A stretch of 64,000 nt of DNA. It comes from Polymyxa betae A26-41. Lineage: Eukaryota > Protista > Endomyxa: Phytomyxea. The translations under genes and the position numbers were made by a program. The stretch spans positions 236,981-300,980 of the forward strand of contig RBZT01000855.1 in the NCBI GenBank assembly GCA_003693705.1. The letters are read 5' to 3'. The notes beneath the pieces are model-generated. The model had not been told where the DNA came from. It saw only the letters and a program-made list of their open reading frames with translations, and made no database searches. Positions 13,859-27,536 of this stretch are shown here, one piece after another (positions within the stretch are counted from its first letter, which is position 1; each line of letters starts with the position of its first letter).

Positions 13859-16800
13859 ATGCGATTCGCTTCGATTCTCGTAGTGCTCGGTGTGGTTCTA
13901 TCAATTACAGATGGAGCTGCACCTCGTGTCACCAACACCTATTCGCAATTCAAGACCATCTACATTCAAGGAATGACGCTCCGTGCATACATTCTAACAG
14001 CAGAATTCGATCAACCCATCTACGTCAACGGCGTCCCGATCACAGCCAAGAACATCACAGCAGCACCGCAACAGAGCGAACAGCGAACCTGCAGTGGCGA
14101 TGGCGGAGGCGGCGGCGGCGGCGGTGAACCTGGAATGCCTCCTCTAACGATGCTGATGGACGGGAAGGTGACCGTTCATTGTGGATCTCTTTATTGGAAT
14201 ATCGACCTTCAGCATGATAATGATGGTCCTCCGAGATCGCTGCTCACGACCGTCTCCACATCTGATACGGGATCGTCATTCATGGGATTCCTGTCCGGAT
14301 TCGCCATGCCTGAATACGTCAATCCGAATGCGATCGCGTTCATCAAGCTGATCTCGGGAAGTCAAGGTGGCAGTCCTGTTCAGTATCTGGATGCGAACAC
14401 AACCGAGACCACCATTCAGACCTGTGGTAATAAGACGATTCAGATCGCATCCGGGATCATCTCGAATGCAGCGCGCGAGTCCATTCCCACCACGCCCATC
14501 GTCGTCAATACCCTGAAGACACCGACCTGCGATTTCAACAGCATCTCGTCGTTCAAGCAGGCGTTCAACTATGTGAGCGGAATCGCCAAGCAGCTCCAGG
14601 TTGATGCGAGTCTGTACAAGCAGTTCTCGTTCTTGCAGGGCGCTCTCGATAGTCGTGATGCATTAGCTGCTTGTAAGAGCTTGGTCGATCCAATGTTCAG
14701 CACGCAGACCATCACGAAACGATTAAGCCCGACTCGTCAATGTGTTTATCAGCAAGGAACCGCCGAGTTTAATAGTTCAGCATGCTGTAATTACAACCTG
14801 CAATTCAGCCAATGCTGTGCTCCAACGACACCAACCACGAACATCACGATTATCAAGAACATCACATTGGATCGTATTGTTAATCAATGCTCCCATCCCG
14901 ATAAAATCATCCTGAATCTGTATTCGTACATTAATACGGCGAACATGGCGGCGGCACAGGTCGAGAATGAGCAATCGCTACAGGAACGATTCATGGCGTT
15001 CCAGAACACGTGCCAGAACCTGATCTATGGAAAGAAATGTTCCGTTGATGCTGATTGTCAATATTCACAGAGCTGTGATACAACACAAAGTCAATGCAAG
15101 ATTCCATGGGGTATTGACTCTCAGCTAATGCTATCGTGTTATTATGATCAATTCGATCCGCTCATGCGTTCATCTCTGGCTGGATTATGGTCATTAGATG
15201 AGAGCGATAAGAACGGATTCCTGTCTCGTATGGGCTCGATGCTTCTCATGGATGATTGTGTTGGTAGTAACAGCTGGAACCTACAGACTCGGTACTACAA
15301 TGATGCTGCTCATCATAATCATCCTGATTGGTTGTTATAGATGTAATTGGAATCATGACGCCCAATGTAATGAATGTGTCTATTCAAATAAGACGACCTG
15401 TTTAGCACCAAAGAACTGTAATTGGAATAATCAGAAGACGAGCCAGAGCGAGTGTCTGGCTGTCAGTACAGCTGATCCATCAACGCAGTTCTGTGGTCAA
15501 TGTTTCGGTGATGGATCAAACTGCTGGTCGCAATCATCACCAGATCTCTGTATGCGTGATTTCTATCAGACCCAGTCCGCATGTACGGCGGCCAATCTGA
15601 CATGGTAGGGTTTTAGGGTTTAGGGTTTCGCCATCGTAATGTGGGTCCAGGTATGTGCCGCCCTGGCAGAATGGATACTGTGTGGATCCCAGCAAGAAAT
15701 CTCTCTCATCATGTGTTCCAACAGAGGCATGTCCTCAATTAACACCAGATGGACATAATTGTGAATCTGTAAGAACATGATCGTGATCGTCATCTCCGTC
15801 ATTATTAATATTCTGATTATGTAGTGGGGAAGTCATATGTGCTATGCTCCAAATGTTACATCGAATGAATGTTCAGCTGCGAACGGGTTCACCAAAACCT
15901 ATGGTGGTGTCACTTATCGCTTGGTACGAACCAACATGCGGGGGTCGTGCTGGCCCCAGGCATGGCATTGAGAATGACATTGATGATGTAGGAATGGCAA
16001 TCATGGCGTAATAATGGCAATGGAATGTGTGCGTTCAATCGACAATGGAATGGCGATCAGACCGCCTTCACACCTGAATTCTGTTCATCGTTCTCGCCGG
16101 CAGTTAACAACAAGACCGTGAAGTTCTTCGCCGGTGGATGGTGGTCTGAGGGACAGTTCAACACGAAGCAGAAATGCCAGACTGGTCAATGTAACTGGCA
16201 GGATCCATTACAACGTGAATCTGGTTGGGGTTTAACACCGCAGCAATGCTCTCAGAAGCAGATGTGTAATCAGCCATGTCCCAGATGTCAATCATCACAA
16301 TGGGTCGGACCAGGTGTCACTTCCTTCTGCTATTCAGCTGGCAGCAACGTCACCAGTATGGACGAATGCAGTCGGAAGGGTGGGCAATGGGCCGACAATG
16401 TCGTCGGGAATACTGGCCGATGTATCTTCTCGCAAGATGTGGCGATCAGCTCGCAGGCTGCTTGCCAGGCCTATGGAAAATCGATGGGCGTGCAAACGAA
16501 ATGGGCGACCTGTGACAATCTGTCGATGGATTCGTGCTCGAATCCCAATCGACCTGAAGTTGGTGAACTCGGCAGCTGGATGAAGTGCTATTGGAACATG
16601 AACGCTCAATGTCGCAATCCGCAAGAATGTTTGCAATCCGGACGATGCAATGATGATGACAAGCAGATCTGGCAGCAGAATGCACCATCGCTTCCAGGAG
16701 CGTGCCAGGTCGATAATGCTCTCAATGATAATGGATGGCCGAGTGATTGCTCAACATTAAAGTCGAAGAAAACCAATCAGACATTGACCTACGCCAGGTA

Positions 16801-18102
16801 TCACAACTCAGTTCATTGTCGATATTTGATTTGACGTTTTCTATCAGATATCCAATGAAGTGTGTTGATCCCAGTATTCTGAATGCCACTGTTTGTGCAT
16901 CAATCGGCGGTCGATGGAAGACGAAAGCTGTTAGCAAGCAAGACTGTCTGGCTGATGTCGCATGCTATGATGAAGGGTCCAACTGGCCCAATGGCAAATC
17001 TGCAATTGAATGTGCGAAATGTTCTGGATCGATGGCCCCGATCTATAGCTGGACTCAAGGTCAATGGGTGAATGCATCCATGCAGCCATTATCATGGAAG
17101 AACAAGACGTTCTCATCTATGAATCAATGGGGACAACGAGTCAATAATGATATGGTTGGTCAGTCGATGATCGGCCCGGCCGTCTATTACTATCTGGGAT
17201 CATCTGTATACAGCACATTAGCTGCCAAATACAGTCTCGTATCCGACCTGTTCGCTGCATTCTCCTGTGATTGCACTCCAGGACGCGACCAGCGAAACTG
17301 TTTCGGGGAGGTGCGCGCGTCGCCCATTGCCGCCGCCATCCTTCAGAAAGGCAAGCTGAACAAGATCGAGACCGCTCTGGGGGTTATCAAGGCGTCGCTT
17401 CGCGGCAACGACAGCAACCCGATTGGCGGTCGTCGTCTTCTAGCCAATGGACAGGTTTCGATTACGATCGCCCAAGTGACCGCCCAGAATCTGGCCGTAC
17501 TGGGCCCGAACAATGCCCCTGATTATCGAGTGGTTCGTGCATCACCATATGTGAGCAAGATCGTTGGTCAGCTGGCTGGTGATGGAATGCAAGTCTCAGG
17601 ATTCACATCGGATATGACACAAGTCAGTGTCACTCTGTATCTATCTCAATCGATTACACCTGATACCACAACATATTCTGTTCCCTGGATCGCTTACTTG
17701 AAGCCCAATACGACCCGCGTGTTCCCACTTCAAGGTATCAATGTCCAGTTTGGAAACGGCTCGATCACCACGAACAATATCACCAGTGATGGGGCGTACT
17801 TCCCCATCTATCTGCAATCCAACTGGACAGCATCGCTGATCACGACGAAAATGCCATCAGCAAAGACGTCGAAGAAAGCGACGACGTTTTTGGCCACGAA
17901 GAAATCCACGACCAAACTTTCGGCGAAAGCATCAGCCGATCCTCTTGCAGACGGATCTCCATCTCCAAGTTCTGTTCACTCTACGTCTGCTCCAACACCG
18001 GCTACAAGCCCAACACCGGCACCTACATCCTCAGCTGTCCAACAATTCCCTGCTCTGTTCATCACTTTGGTCACTTGTTTCAGCGCCTTCCTTTTGCTTT
18101 AA
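13859..18102 (+). CDS. Large (~1,320 aa) secreted Cys/Trp-rich, probably GPI-anchored surface protein (6 exons)
   Basis: Signal peptide MRFASILVVLGVVLSITDG. Introns at about 15292-15340, 15605-15650, 15769-15823, 15925-15991 and 16798-16848 join the ORFs. Many C..GG.W modules, a GGRRLL motif, an S/T/P-rich stalk and a terminal hydrophobic stretch (FPALFITLVTCFSAFLLL*). Confidence 0.88.
15606..15628 (+). repeat. Short interstitial telomere-like repeat (TTTTAGGG/TTTAGGG) at the 5' end of an intron
   Basis: TAGGGTTTTAGGGTTTAGGGTTT, read directly from the sequence. Confidence 0.7.
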
Positions 18103-18719
18103 ACACACATTGATTAACACAGAATAAAACGGCAGCGGACGGCCCTGATACATCCTACTTCTGTATGCAAATTGCAATCATCAAACTTGTCAGCGTATTG
18201 CTTGCTTACTATAGAGTCGAACTGCATGCTACCACGATTTGTAAAAATGGAACCAAACTTCGACGATCTCTTACAGACAACAACAACATTGCAAACAAAA
18301 GGAAATGGTCAGCAGGCATGCTCTTCCATTTCAGTCACTTGGTGATTTGATTGAATGCAATAAAAACCTGCATTCGCAATTACAGTTTCATTGACTTGTT
18401 GGTGCCGGATATTTCAAATTCAGTAAAGACAGCAACCAAAGTTCGTGAATTGAGGGAATGTGATAAAGAAAACCCAGTCAATTCAGAAAGAGCGTCGTAT
18501 TTACCAATTATTAATCCTGATAGAAAATTTACAACAAATTGATAGCCAATGATGGGCAATGAGCTTTATCTTCTTTCAAAGAGGTGCGTGCTAATCAGCT
18601 AATGCTATAGATACCAGAACCCTAGGGATGTTCATTCTTCCTAATAAATCGATTATAGCGATTAGTTGCAGCTTGGATTTGGTTTTATGTAGGACAATGC
18701 ATTGCAGGTGAATATCGAA

Positions 18720-19115
18720 TCAAACGTCCGACTCAGATCTGAGAACAGACGTAACTTGACTTGTCCCATTCACTTTGCTCCAAATCGTTACATTGAGCAT
18801 TTGTCCAGGATCCTCTCCGATTTGGATATCATAAAAGTAATTCATTCCCTAATAAACCATCAATATTATACCATGCAGAACAGTATCAAACCCTACAGCA
18901 ACAACTTGAGCCTGATATTGTTTAGGCTTAAAGACCTTCAATTCTTTACCGAGCTGTGCCTCGATTTCAGGCTTCGCCGATTCCAAGATCTGAAATGCTT
19001 AAAGCCAAGTTGACCTGTAAGCATGTGGACAAACCTGAATGGCACGTCGGTCGCTCTCGTCCAGGTTGGCTGCTGTGAGGTCTCTAGCTGGATGCTTGGC
19101 GCCGCAGATAACCAT
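18720..19115 (-). CDS. Type-1 cystatin (stefin-like cysteine protease inhibitor), 100 aa, 3 exons; not in ORF track
   Basis: Exons 19115-19035, 18989-18897 and 18848-18720 splice to MVICGAKHPARDL...AKPEIEAQLGKELKVFKPKQYQAQVVAGMNYFYDIQIG...*. Has the N-terminal Gly and the QVVAG motif. Confidence 0.92.
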
Positions 19116-19304
19116 AATAACGACGTCCAACCCTCAATGGATGAACAAATGGACTATTAATGAGGGCAACTGTCCGAATTAGACACGTCAGTGGGTATCG
19201 CCTCATGTTACATCTCTAACCATGAATCATCTCACTTTACTATTGTATTTATGTGACACTGTACATTGTAGATGGTTGGTATTGGTGTTGCTGTCGCCAT
19301 CTGA

Positions 19305-22300
19305 TCAAAACCAGCCCGGTTTCTTATGCACCTTTAGGAAAGCGGTTGCAGCCTGGTCGCCATTATCCTTTCTCCTGGTTAAGACCCGGCGGATGTGCTC
19401 TCTGCTTAGATAGGGAACCGAACTCATTCGCTCTGCTTCTATCATTTTTGACTTTTCGTCTGGAAGTGCTTCCCATACTGCAGTCAACGAAGAAGTATCT
19501 CCAAGCTGTAATTCTAAAAGATACCGAACACGAACGATAGATTTAATATTATCGATCGCTGATTGCTCTAGGCCATAATACCTAAACAGTTCGACTGCAA
19601 GCTAAGCAATGTTAGGTTATGCTGCGGGTACAGAATCGTTGAGCGGGCCTACCTCTACTGCGTGCTGCAATCTATGCAGCTGAACATCGTTAAGGACCGA
19701 TTTGATAGATTTTGGAACAAGATGCGATTCCATGCTCTGCACTACACAATACAGCATTGCTTTGAGTAATATTGTGGTTTCGAACACGACTTTTACAGCA
19801 TGTTCAATTTTGTTGCTAAGATCTTCCCAAAGCGGTGACAAAAACTCTTCAACGGAATCGATATTCATAGGGTCGTCGATAGGTTTGTGCAATATCAGTT
19901 CTGTAATAAGTGCCGACCATAATTTCATCATCGTACAAGAAAGCTCATAAGCTAGTGATTCCATGGTCTAGACTCCATTAGAGCAAGAATTCACGTGTAA
20001 GCGTAATACCTGTTGGATGTACTTGAATGTCTGTTTACATTGCAGCTGGTCTAGTGTAGATTTTTGAATACTGTCACCTAAAAATTCTTTGAAATCTGCG
20101 TCATCATGCATCAATCCCTCCGTTAATTTGGGGGGTTGTCCATATCTGAAACAGAGTTTACACATATTGCCATCAATTAAGGGAATCCCTTACGCCTTTT
20201 CTAAATTAATGTCTTTCAGCAAATCGGACAACTTCACTTTACTGATTTGAATGTCATTCATGCGAAGAGCCATGACTTCTGTCAAATGCCCAGGATTTTC
20301 CGAAAGATCGTCCATCAACATTTCAGTTAACCTTTGGACGTAGTGTTTAACTGATTCAGAAAGCAAATCAGCGAATGTTATAGCCTGGGCTGAAGAAAAA
20401 GGAGCATGTTGAAATGCAGCGGCCAAGGGATATAATAGAGCAAACAGATCAATTACACTCGTCGTGCACATGGTATCACCTAACGCCATCCACTTGTCGC
20501 TGCTGATAGCCGAATCTACCCGTTTTGACGAGAACTGCTCCTTCTGGACCTCCAACCATCGCTCTACGAACGGAGCGAAATATTCTCCCACATTTATATC
20601 CGGCAAATCAACGTTGGGGCGGAAGAAATCGTATAGTGAACGAAGCTCACTGTAGAGTTGAAATATATATGGGTCCAATGATTCTGGAGCGTTGCCCATG
20701 ACCTTCCTATCCTCGTGTAACAGTAAAGTTTGGATCTCTAAGAACTTCTTGAAATCGTCCCAGATCAAGGGAAAATATAATGACGACGTTTCTTGAGCGG
20801 CGTTGAAGCCTGCAGCTGACTGTAGAATAGGCCCAAATTCATTGATGTCGCTGTCAATCTCTTTTTTCAAAAGCTGCATAACATAAATGAGATGCAGCGA
20901 GCTGATTATCCGACAATCTGCTCTGGTGATTTCTTGATGCGACGGCACCACAACAACACCCGCCGACAGCCGACGTTTGAGTTTAGAGGAATCTGATGGC
21001 GCAACGGCAGGTTTTGCAGCTGTTTGTTTGGCAATCTGAGCATCCTTCAAATTGCGAGCCGCTTCGATAACGAACATATATCGACTATGGAGAGCTATCT
21101 CGCAAATCTTATCTATGTAATTCGAATCGGTTTGCCGGCCAAGTTCCTCTGAACTGCTGACAATGTGACGACATAAAATTGCCAGGCGTACACATTCTCC
21201 CAGCCCTTTATAAACCACATCACCACGAAAGTTGTCGTGATAGGCACTCAGGCAAGCTTTACACCAGGATAATGACAAAGATGCTAATCTTAACAGTTCA
21301 GGCGAATCGCCAACCTGGATTGTCCGAGCGTCCTTAGCCTCTGCTAGCGGCTTATACAGATCGATTGCATCCCAAAAATATTTGGACGTGATTTGAGGAT
21401 GGCGAGTCAGAAATGTCAGAAGAGTCAATGCTCTTCTATATTCTCCAACTCCATAACGACGAGTCCAGCAATCCGTAATATAGAGACTTAAATCGTCGAG
21501 CCACATAAAGCTCATTTGCTGTTTTTGAATTCCTAAATGGCCTTGATTTAATAGCAGTACATTCAGGAGCATCAATACAAACCTTCAGCTCCAACGCGAA
21601 CTGCAACCCCAGAGTTCCTGTTTAGGTGTCGAAGAAGGTAAATAACGATCCAGACCAAACCAATTTCTGGTGCAACCGGAAATGACATTGGTCCTTCATG
21701 ACTAACTGATTGCGACCTGAATGCCGAACGTCCAGTTGAAGGCTTTCGAGGATTCTCGACTTTTTGACGAGTCTGGGGTTTAGGCTGCTTTTTTGGAAAA
21801 CAGCAACTGCAGCATCCTTCATCAGCGGGTACGGGTTTTGGCTTGCCTTCATTATTATTGTTCATCGCAGATTCTAACTCTTGCCTTCTCAATGCGACGA
21901 ATTTGTCAGCATCTTTGGAAAAAACATCGGCCTCGGCTAAACTTTCCGCAATAGCATTCTTTTCCGACTTCAACCAATTGTTGAAAATCTCAAATGTCAC
22001 AAAACGATCTTTGTAACTGTTCAGCTCGGATGAGCGAATTCTCATATCCCGCCGAATAAGCTTAGCGATCTGCTGCGGATTTTGAAGCTCTGCAGTTATT
22101 TCAGCAACAGCTGATTGATCAGGTTTCATAGCAGCGATTATCAAATCCACGCACGACTTTATGAAATCGTCGACCTTATCAATCGGACAAAGCCCAACAA
22201 TGCACCGAACGGCCATGTCAAATACAGCGCGGATGTCACGGGGTGGTGCTTTATCTGGGTCGAAGTGTTCAGAAATGATGGTTGACTGGACATCAACACG

Positions 22301-22654
22301 ATCGATCGCAACCTCAACGGGACCTTTCAAGTTAACTGGAGTCTCATCAGGTAAATGGACATCGACATGCCCAACTGCCAACCCTCCAACGTGATCGTTG
22401 TGCTTCACACGGTCCATAAACACCTTATTTTCAAACACTTGAGACGTGACATGGGACACGCTCTGGTGACGATGATGAACTGAGCCAGTTCTCCGTCTCG
22501 ACAAATTCAATAGACGAGTTGCAACAATCGTGGCTCGTGCCGCAGACGCTATCGACAAATGTTTCTGATGCTCCTGCGCGACTTCATGATGGAGTTGAGT
22601 TTCTTCTTCGTCAACGTCTGGCTGCGAGATCGACGGCCGCCTCGACTCTGGCAT
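19305..22654 (-). CDS. MUN-domain (Munc13 homology / DUF810 PATROL1-like) vesicle-priming protein, multi-exon
   Basis: MHD1-like YFAPFVERWLE...AISSDKW...TTSVIDLF and MHD2-like FLSPLWEDLSNKI. The C-terminal HIRRVLTRRKDNGDQAATAFLK resembles the LLRVLCxR.D..A..FLK end of DUF810 proteins. Confidence 0.78.
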
Positions 22655-23115
22655 TGCAACAGCAAATAGAGAATCAGGTCTGGGTCAATCGTTGCATCCT
22701 CTTTCGAGAACAAATACAAATGAGGTCTAATATCATCTCTATGACTATATGACTGACTGGGCCCAAAATACAAATTGATAAACATCGTAACGTACATCCC
22801 CCCTCCCCCCCGCAGCAATGATTTTTCAAAGAAGCGACTTTCTGTCTGATTTATATCACCTTCCTTATAAAGACATCGACAATCGATCGACATGGCAGCA
22901 TGGGTTTTCCGGCCGACCATCATCGCAGATGCATGCGGGCGCGGTTCATCGGAGTTTACAATTAGGTATACACACGAAGGTTCTCGAAGACAGGCCAGAT
23001 CCCAAGTCCCAGGTGCTCTATTAGACCGTTTTTCCATGAAGGTTTAATTGGTGATTTCCCTTGTTAAGGCTTGAAGGTTAACTATTTAGCGTTCTAAAAG
23101 ATTGCTGTACTGCTC

Positions 23116-24043
23116 ATGCAAACGAGTTCTGGGCGGGGCCCAGCTACTAACACTGCTCCTGCTATAACTGTAGCTAACGGCCGTCGGCGAGTTCGTGTTA
23201 ATGCTTGGCATGCCCTTAATGAAATCAGGGAGCGTGCTCCATGGCTATTAGCTTGGCTGATCTATGAGGTCGCTGAATGTCTGACGACGATCGTAATCCT
23301 GAGCCAGGTCTGGAACATTGAATACTGTATCGATCATCCAATGAGGCGTTGGCTTCTACTTTACTCGGGTCGATTAGTCCTACGTATTCCGTTAAGCATT
23401 TACTTTATTAATAATGCCAGAATCGGGCGAACATCTGTCCCAGCATGGATTAGCTTAATCGATGCTTTGCTGATGATTTATCTTATTTTCATCTGGTTTT
23501 TGGGCAACTTATGGTTCTATTCTTGGTCCGAATGTCGGCATACCGGACCTGTATCATACTATTATGCAGTCACATTAATCAGCCTCGTTTATCTCTGTTT
23601 TGCTATTCCATTGCTGCTGTGCCTTGGAACATGTTTTTGCTTTCCGCTTCTACTTTTTTGCTGTAAGTAGCCTATTTGTTAAATGATCGGTATAATAAGG
23701 GTATTTCCAGTGCATGCCTGCGGAATTGGAGATGAAGGTGCGACTAGCCAAATGATTGCGAAACTGCCTCATCGAAAATTCGATGGGAATCCGATTACTA
23801 AGCCAGATGGAACTGTCGATATATCTGGCACACAATGTGCTTTCTGCATGAATAATTATCAAGTTGGTAATGAAATTATCACTTTGCCTTGTGGGCATTC
23901 TGTAAGTTCCATTGAAATCGGCAGAGGCGAAGTTTAACTCAACTGTCCGTTAGTTTGATAAGGAGTGTATTGAGCGTTGGCTAAGAGTGAAGAGGATTTG
24001 TGCCTTGTGCAGGCACGATATAACAAAGCCTGGAATTGTTTGA
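23116..24043 (+). CDS. Multi-pass membrane RING E3 ubiquitin ligase (3 exons)
   Basis: Four hydrophobic helices (including C..HPMRRWL and WFLGNLW), then GATSQMIAKLP..KF and CAFC...LPCGHSFDKECIERWL....CALC. Introns about 23663-23699 and 23902-23953. Confidence 0.9.
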
Positions 24044-24113
24044 GAAAATACAGAATTTTATAACTTTAAACGATAATTGATTTTCATAACATTGTCACAG
24101 CATAGTCCAAAGT

Positions 24114-27100
24114 TTAGGCGGTTGATTGCTCAGATCGTAACAATTTGGCAACCTCAACGAGGTTCTCCAAAGACGATTCTGTTTCAGTCCATCCCCGGGT
24201 TTTCAGGCCACAATCAGGATTGATCCAGAACTTCTGAGCGGACAGATACTTGAGGATCACCTTTGCACGCTCGGTCATCTCCTTTACAGAAGGAACACGA
24301 GGAGAGTGAATATCATACAGACCCGGGCCGAGCTGGTTCGGGTACTGGCTGGTCTGAAAAAAAAACCATCGAATTTAGACAGACACAAGGTTGATGTGAG
24401 ATACGATTACCTCAAAAGCAGACAACAGTTTCAAATCGCTTCGTGAGCTCTCGATGCTCAGCACGTCTGAATCCATACGGTGAATAGCACCCATAATTTG
24501 TTGCTAGAACACTAATGAGTACGTCTTAGCAAACCAGAAACATCATACAAAATCAGAGTAGCACATGTGACTGTGAATCTGGGTCTCGTCCTTGGCAATA
24601 CAGGTGGCCAACAAGAATGAATCCACAGACCATTTAAGGTATGCTTCCTGTTCCGACTTGCGCATTGGCAATCCCTCTCGAATGGCTGGTTCGTCGACCT
24701 ATCGACAAGACACTGAAAGCGAGACCACAGGATGCTTGTTACAAATACCTGAATGACGCAGATACCAGCTGCTTCCAAATCTCGAACCTCCTCCCGAATG
24801 GCAAGGGCCAGTTGCTGGCAGGTGACGTTACGCGGTTGATCGTTACGAACAAACGACCACTGAGATAGATTCAGACAAGATGCGGAAGAGAGGATACCAA
24901 TATACTTGAAGAATTGTGACAGGGCCAGTGAGCATGCCCTTAACAGGTTTGGATGACATTGATTGTGCAAGCTTAGCCATGTCAACGGTCATGGGCTTTG
25001 TTCGACTGACATCACCGTAGATGACAGGGGGCTTAACGCATCGAGATCCATAGCTTTGGACCCATCCGTTTCGGGTGAACAACATGCCTTTAAGATGCTC
25101 GCCAAAAAACTCAACCATGTCGTTACGCTCAAACTCTCCATGGACGAGAACGTCCAGTCCCTAAACAGCTTGTGAACTTGATGCAAAGATGGAGGAGTCA
25201 GAGTTACGATATCTTCTTGGATCTTAATGCATTTCTGGGTTTCCTGCTTGATGAATTGCCCGTACTGTAAAACAATTAGCAACTGAAAACAATTTTTTAA
25301 TAATTGGCTTACTTCGGCATCAGAAAGAGTGCCTTTCTTATAATCAGCACGCATCTTGCGAACCTGACCGGTCTGAGGGAACGAACCAATTGTAGTGGTG
25401 GGAAACAAAGGCAAGTTCAGTTTGGCTTGCTGTGTTTCTTTACGAACGCTGTGCGTATTCTGGCGCTTGAGCATATTGGGCGTAGTGCTGTTCATGGCAG
25501 CACGAACGTTCTGGTCATTGGTTTTAGAAGAGCTCTGACGACCTTCATGCGAAGCCTTGTTGGCGGCAAGCCATTCAGTAACATCATTGCCAGGTTGGGT
25601 GCCACGGATAGCAGCATTGAGCAGACGTGAAAGCTGAACAACTTCCACGACCTTCTCCTTCGCAAAGGCAAGCCAGCCCAAAACTTCGCTGTCCAATCGG
25701 TCCTCTCCTGATTTAGGCATCAGTCAAAAGTTCCATGATATTTTCCATCAGCGCTTACCCTCAATGCTCCAAGGAGAATGCAACAGTGAACACGAAGAAG
25801 AAACCTTAACGTTGAGCTTGGCGAGCTTGTTCAAAATAGGTTGCAGCTTGGCTAAGGTTTTGGTAGCATCAACTTTCCAGATGTTACGTCCATCAACAAG
25901 ACCTAAGCTTACTCCACGAGTACCATCCAACTAGCAGTGCTCATTAATAAAGCACAGAACGAACGACAAAGAGACAATACCGACGACATCAAGTTGATAA
26001 ACTCATAGAAGACCTCATCGCTAGATCTAGTAACATCGAAATGAAGGGTGTCTACAGGCAGCTTGGTCAGTGCGGGAAGCAGTTCTGGATGAGGGCTCTG
26101 GAAATAGGTAGTGATCATTCTGTTTGAAAGGTAAGAATCATGAGGCCGGTGTTATGCGTACTCATTACAGTTTGGTGGAGAGGGTGGCAGCATAACGAAT
26201 AGAATCATAGGCTTTGTTGTAAGCATCCACAATCTCATATGTTGGGTTCTCATCGGTGGGATCCATGCAAGCATAAGGTTCATCGAATTGGATCTCGGTG
26301 GCTCCCTGGGCGACCAGCTTCTGCACAGTTTCCACGTAGACCGGAACAAGCTTGTCCAAAAGCGACAGGGTTCTGAAACCCTTAATAGCATTACTCTACA
26401 TAATTTTTTTCAGTTTGCAATAGTATTGTCAGTTTTCAAGCTCGTACCGAGGGCTTAGCCAGCAGCAAGAAAGAGACCGGGCCCATGAGAACAGGGCGAG
26501 ATGGAATTTGCAGGTCAGTGGTCTCCTTAAACTCATCAAATGGCTTGGAGCTGCTGAGCTTGAAAACAGTGTTGTTATCTAACTCTGGTACCAAATAGTG
26601 GTCTAAAGCAGCGAATTACAATTCATTGAATTTCAACCGCTGGGAAGCAAAATTACAGTTAGTATCGAAGAACTTCTTCATTTCCATGGCGGGTTGGTCG
26701 ACTTCGACATTGTCGGATCTGGATTGAATTCCTCGAGCCATGGCAAAGTACGTTTTCAAAGAAACATTTTCGCCAGGAGTCTGAATCTCCTTGTACCGAT
26801 CAGGGATGGCGCCAACAAGACAGGCGGCATCAAGAACCTTGTTATAAATGTTAGAAAAGATACTGTTGGCTCAAAGGCTTGTTACTTGATCGTAAAGAGA
26901 AAAGTCGTTGCATGGAACAGTAGTCAGACCCAGTTGCTTTTGCATGGTCCACGAATTGGCACGCAGCTGCTTGGCTGCCGTAAGCAAATCATTTTCAGAA
27001 ACCAACCTGCAGATTCATTAATGGGAGCAAGGATATTCCAGCTCCAGATATAATTACCCCTTCCAGAATGCTTCAACAACCTTCTTAAGCTCACGGTTGG

Positions 27101-27152
27101 GCCCGATTCGGGGAAATCCCAAGACATTAGATTCAATCTGGGTTGGCGACAT
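24114..27152 (-). CDS. metE: Cobalamin-independent methionine synthase (multi-exon)
   Basis: [97 protein letters not shown]. Confidence 0.97.
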
Positions 27153-27536
27153 GTTCAACAGCCAAAGCACTGTTCTTCGGTAAAACTGCAGAGAAGAATA
27201 TGAGAATGGGAGCGTTGGGAGAAGTGAGGAGAATCCGGAATGAGATGTGTGATGCGGATAAGTTCGAGATGGCAACAGAGGATGCCTTCTTATGTTCAAG
27301 CACGCTTAAAGGTTTGAGGGTGTTAGTTAGGTACTATAAAGGCGCTATAACTTAAGTGCGTCCCGCCTGCCACATGATTATATGTTGCCTCAAAGGCAAC
27401 GTTCATCCAGGCTCGCCAGACAAATGTAATCAATTAATCGTCGTGATATATTTCGGGATTCGAATGGATTTCATCGACATCATTACCGACTAAGACCCAC
27501 ACGTTGTATATCCATTTCGAAATAAAATAAAGCTTT

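Noticed and set aside
27153-27536. Cobalamin riboswitch upstream of metE
   Set aside because: No B12-box or other conserved riboswitch sequence seen.
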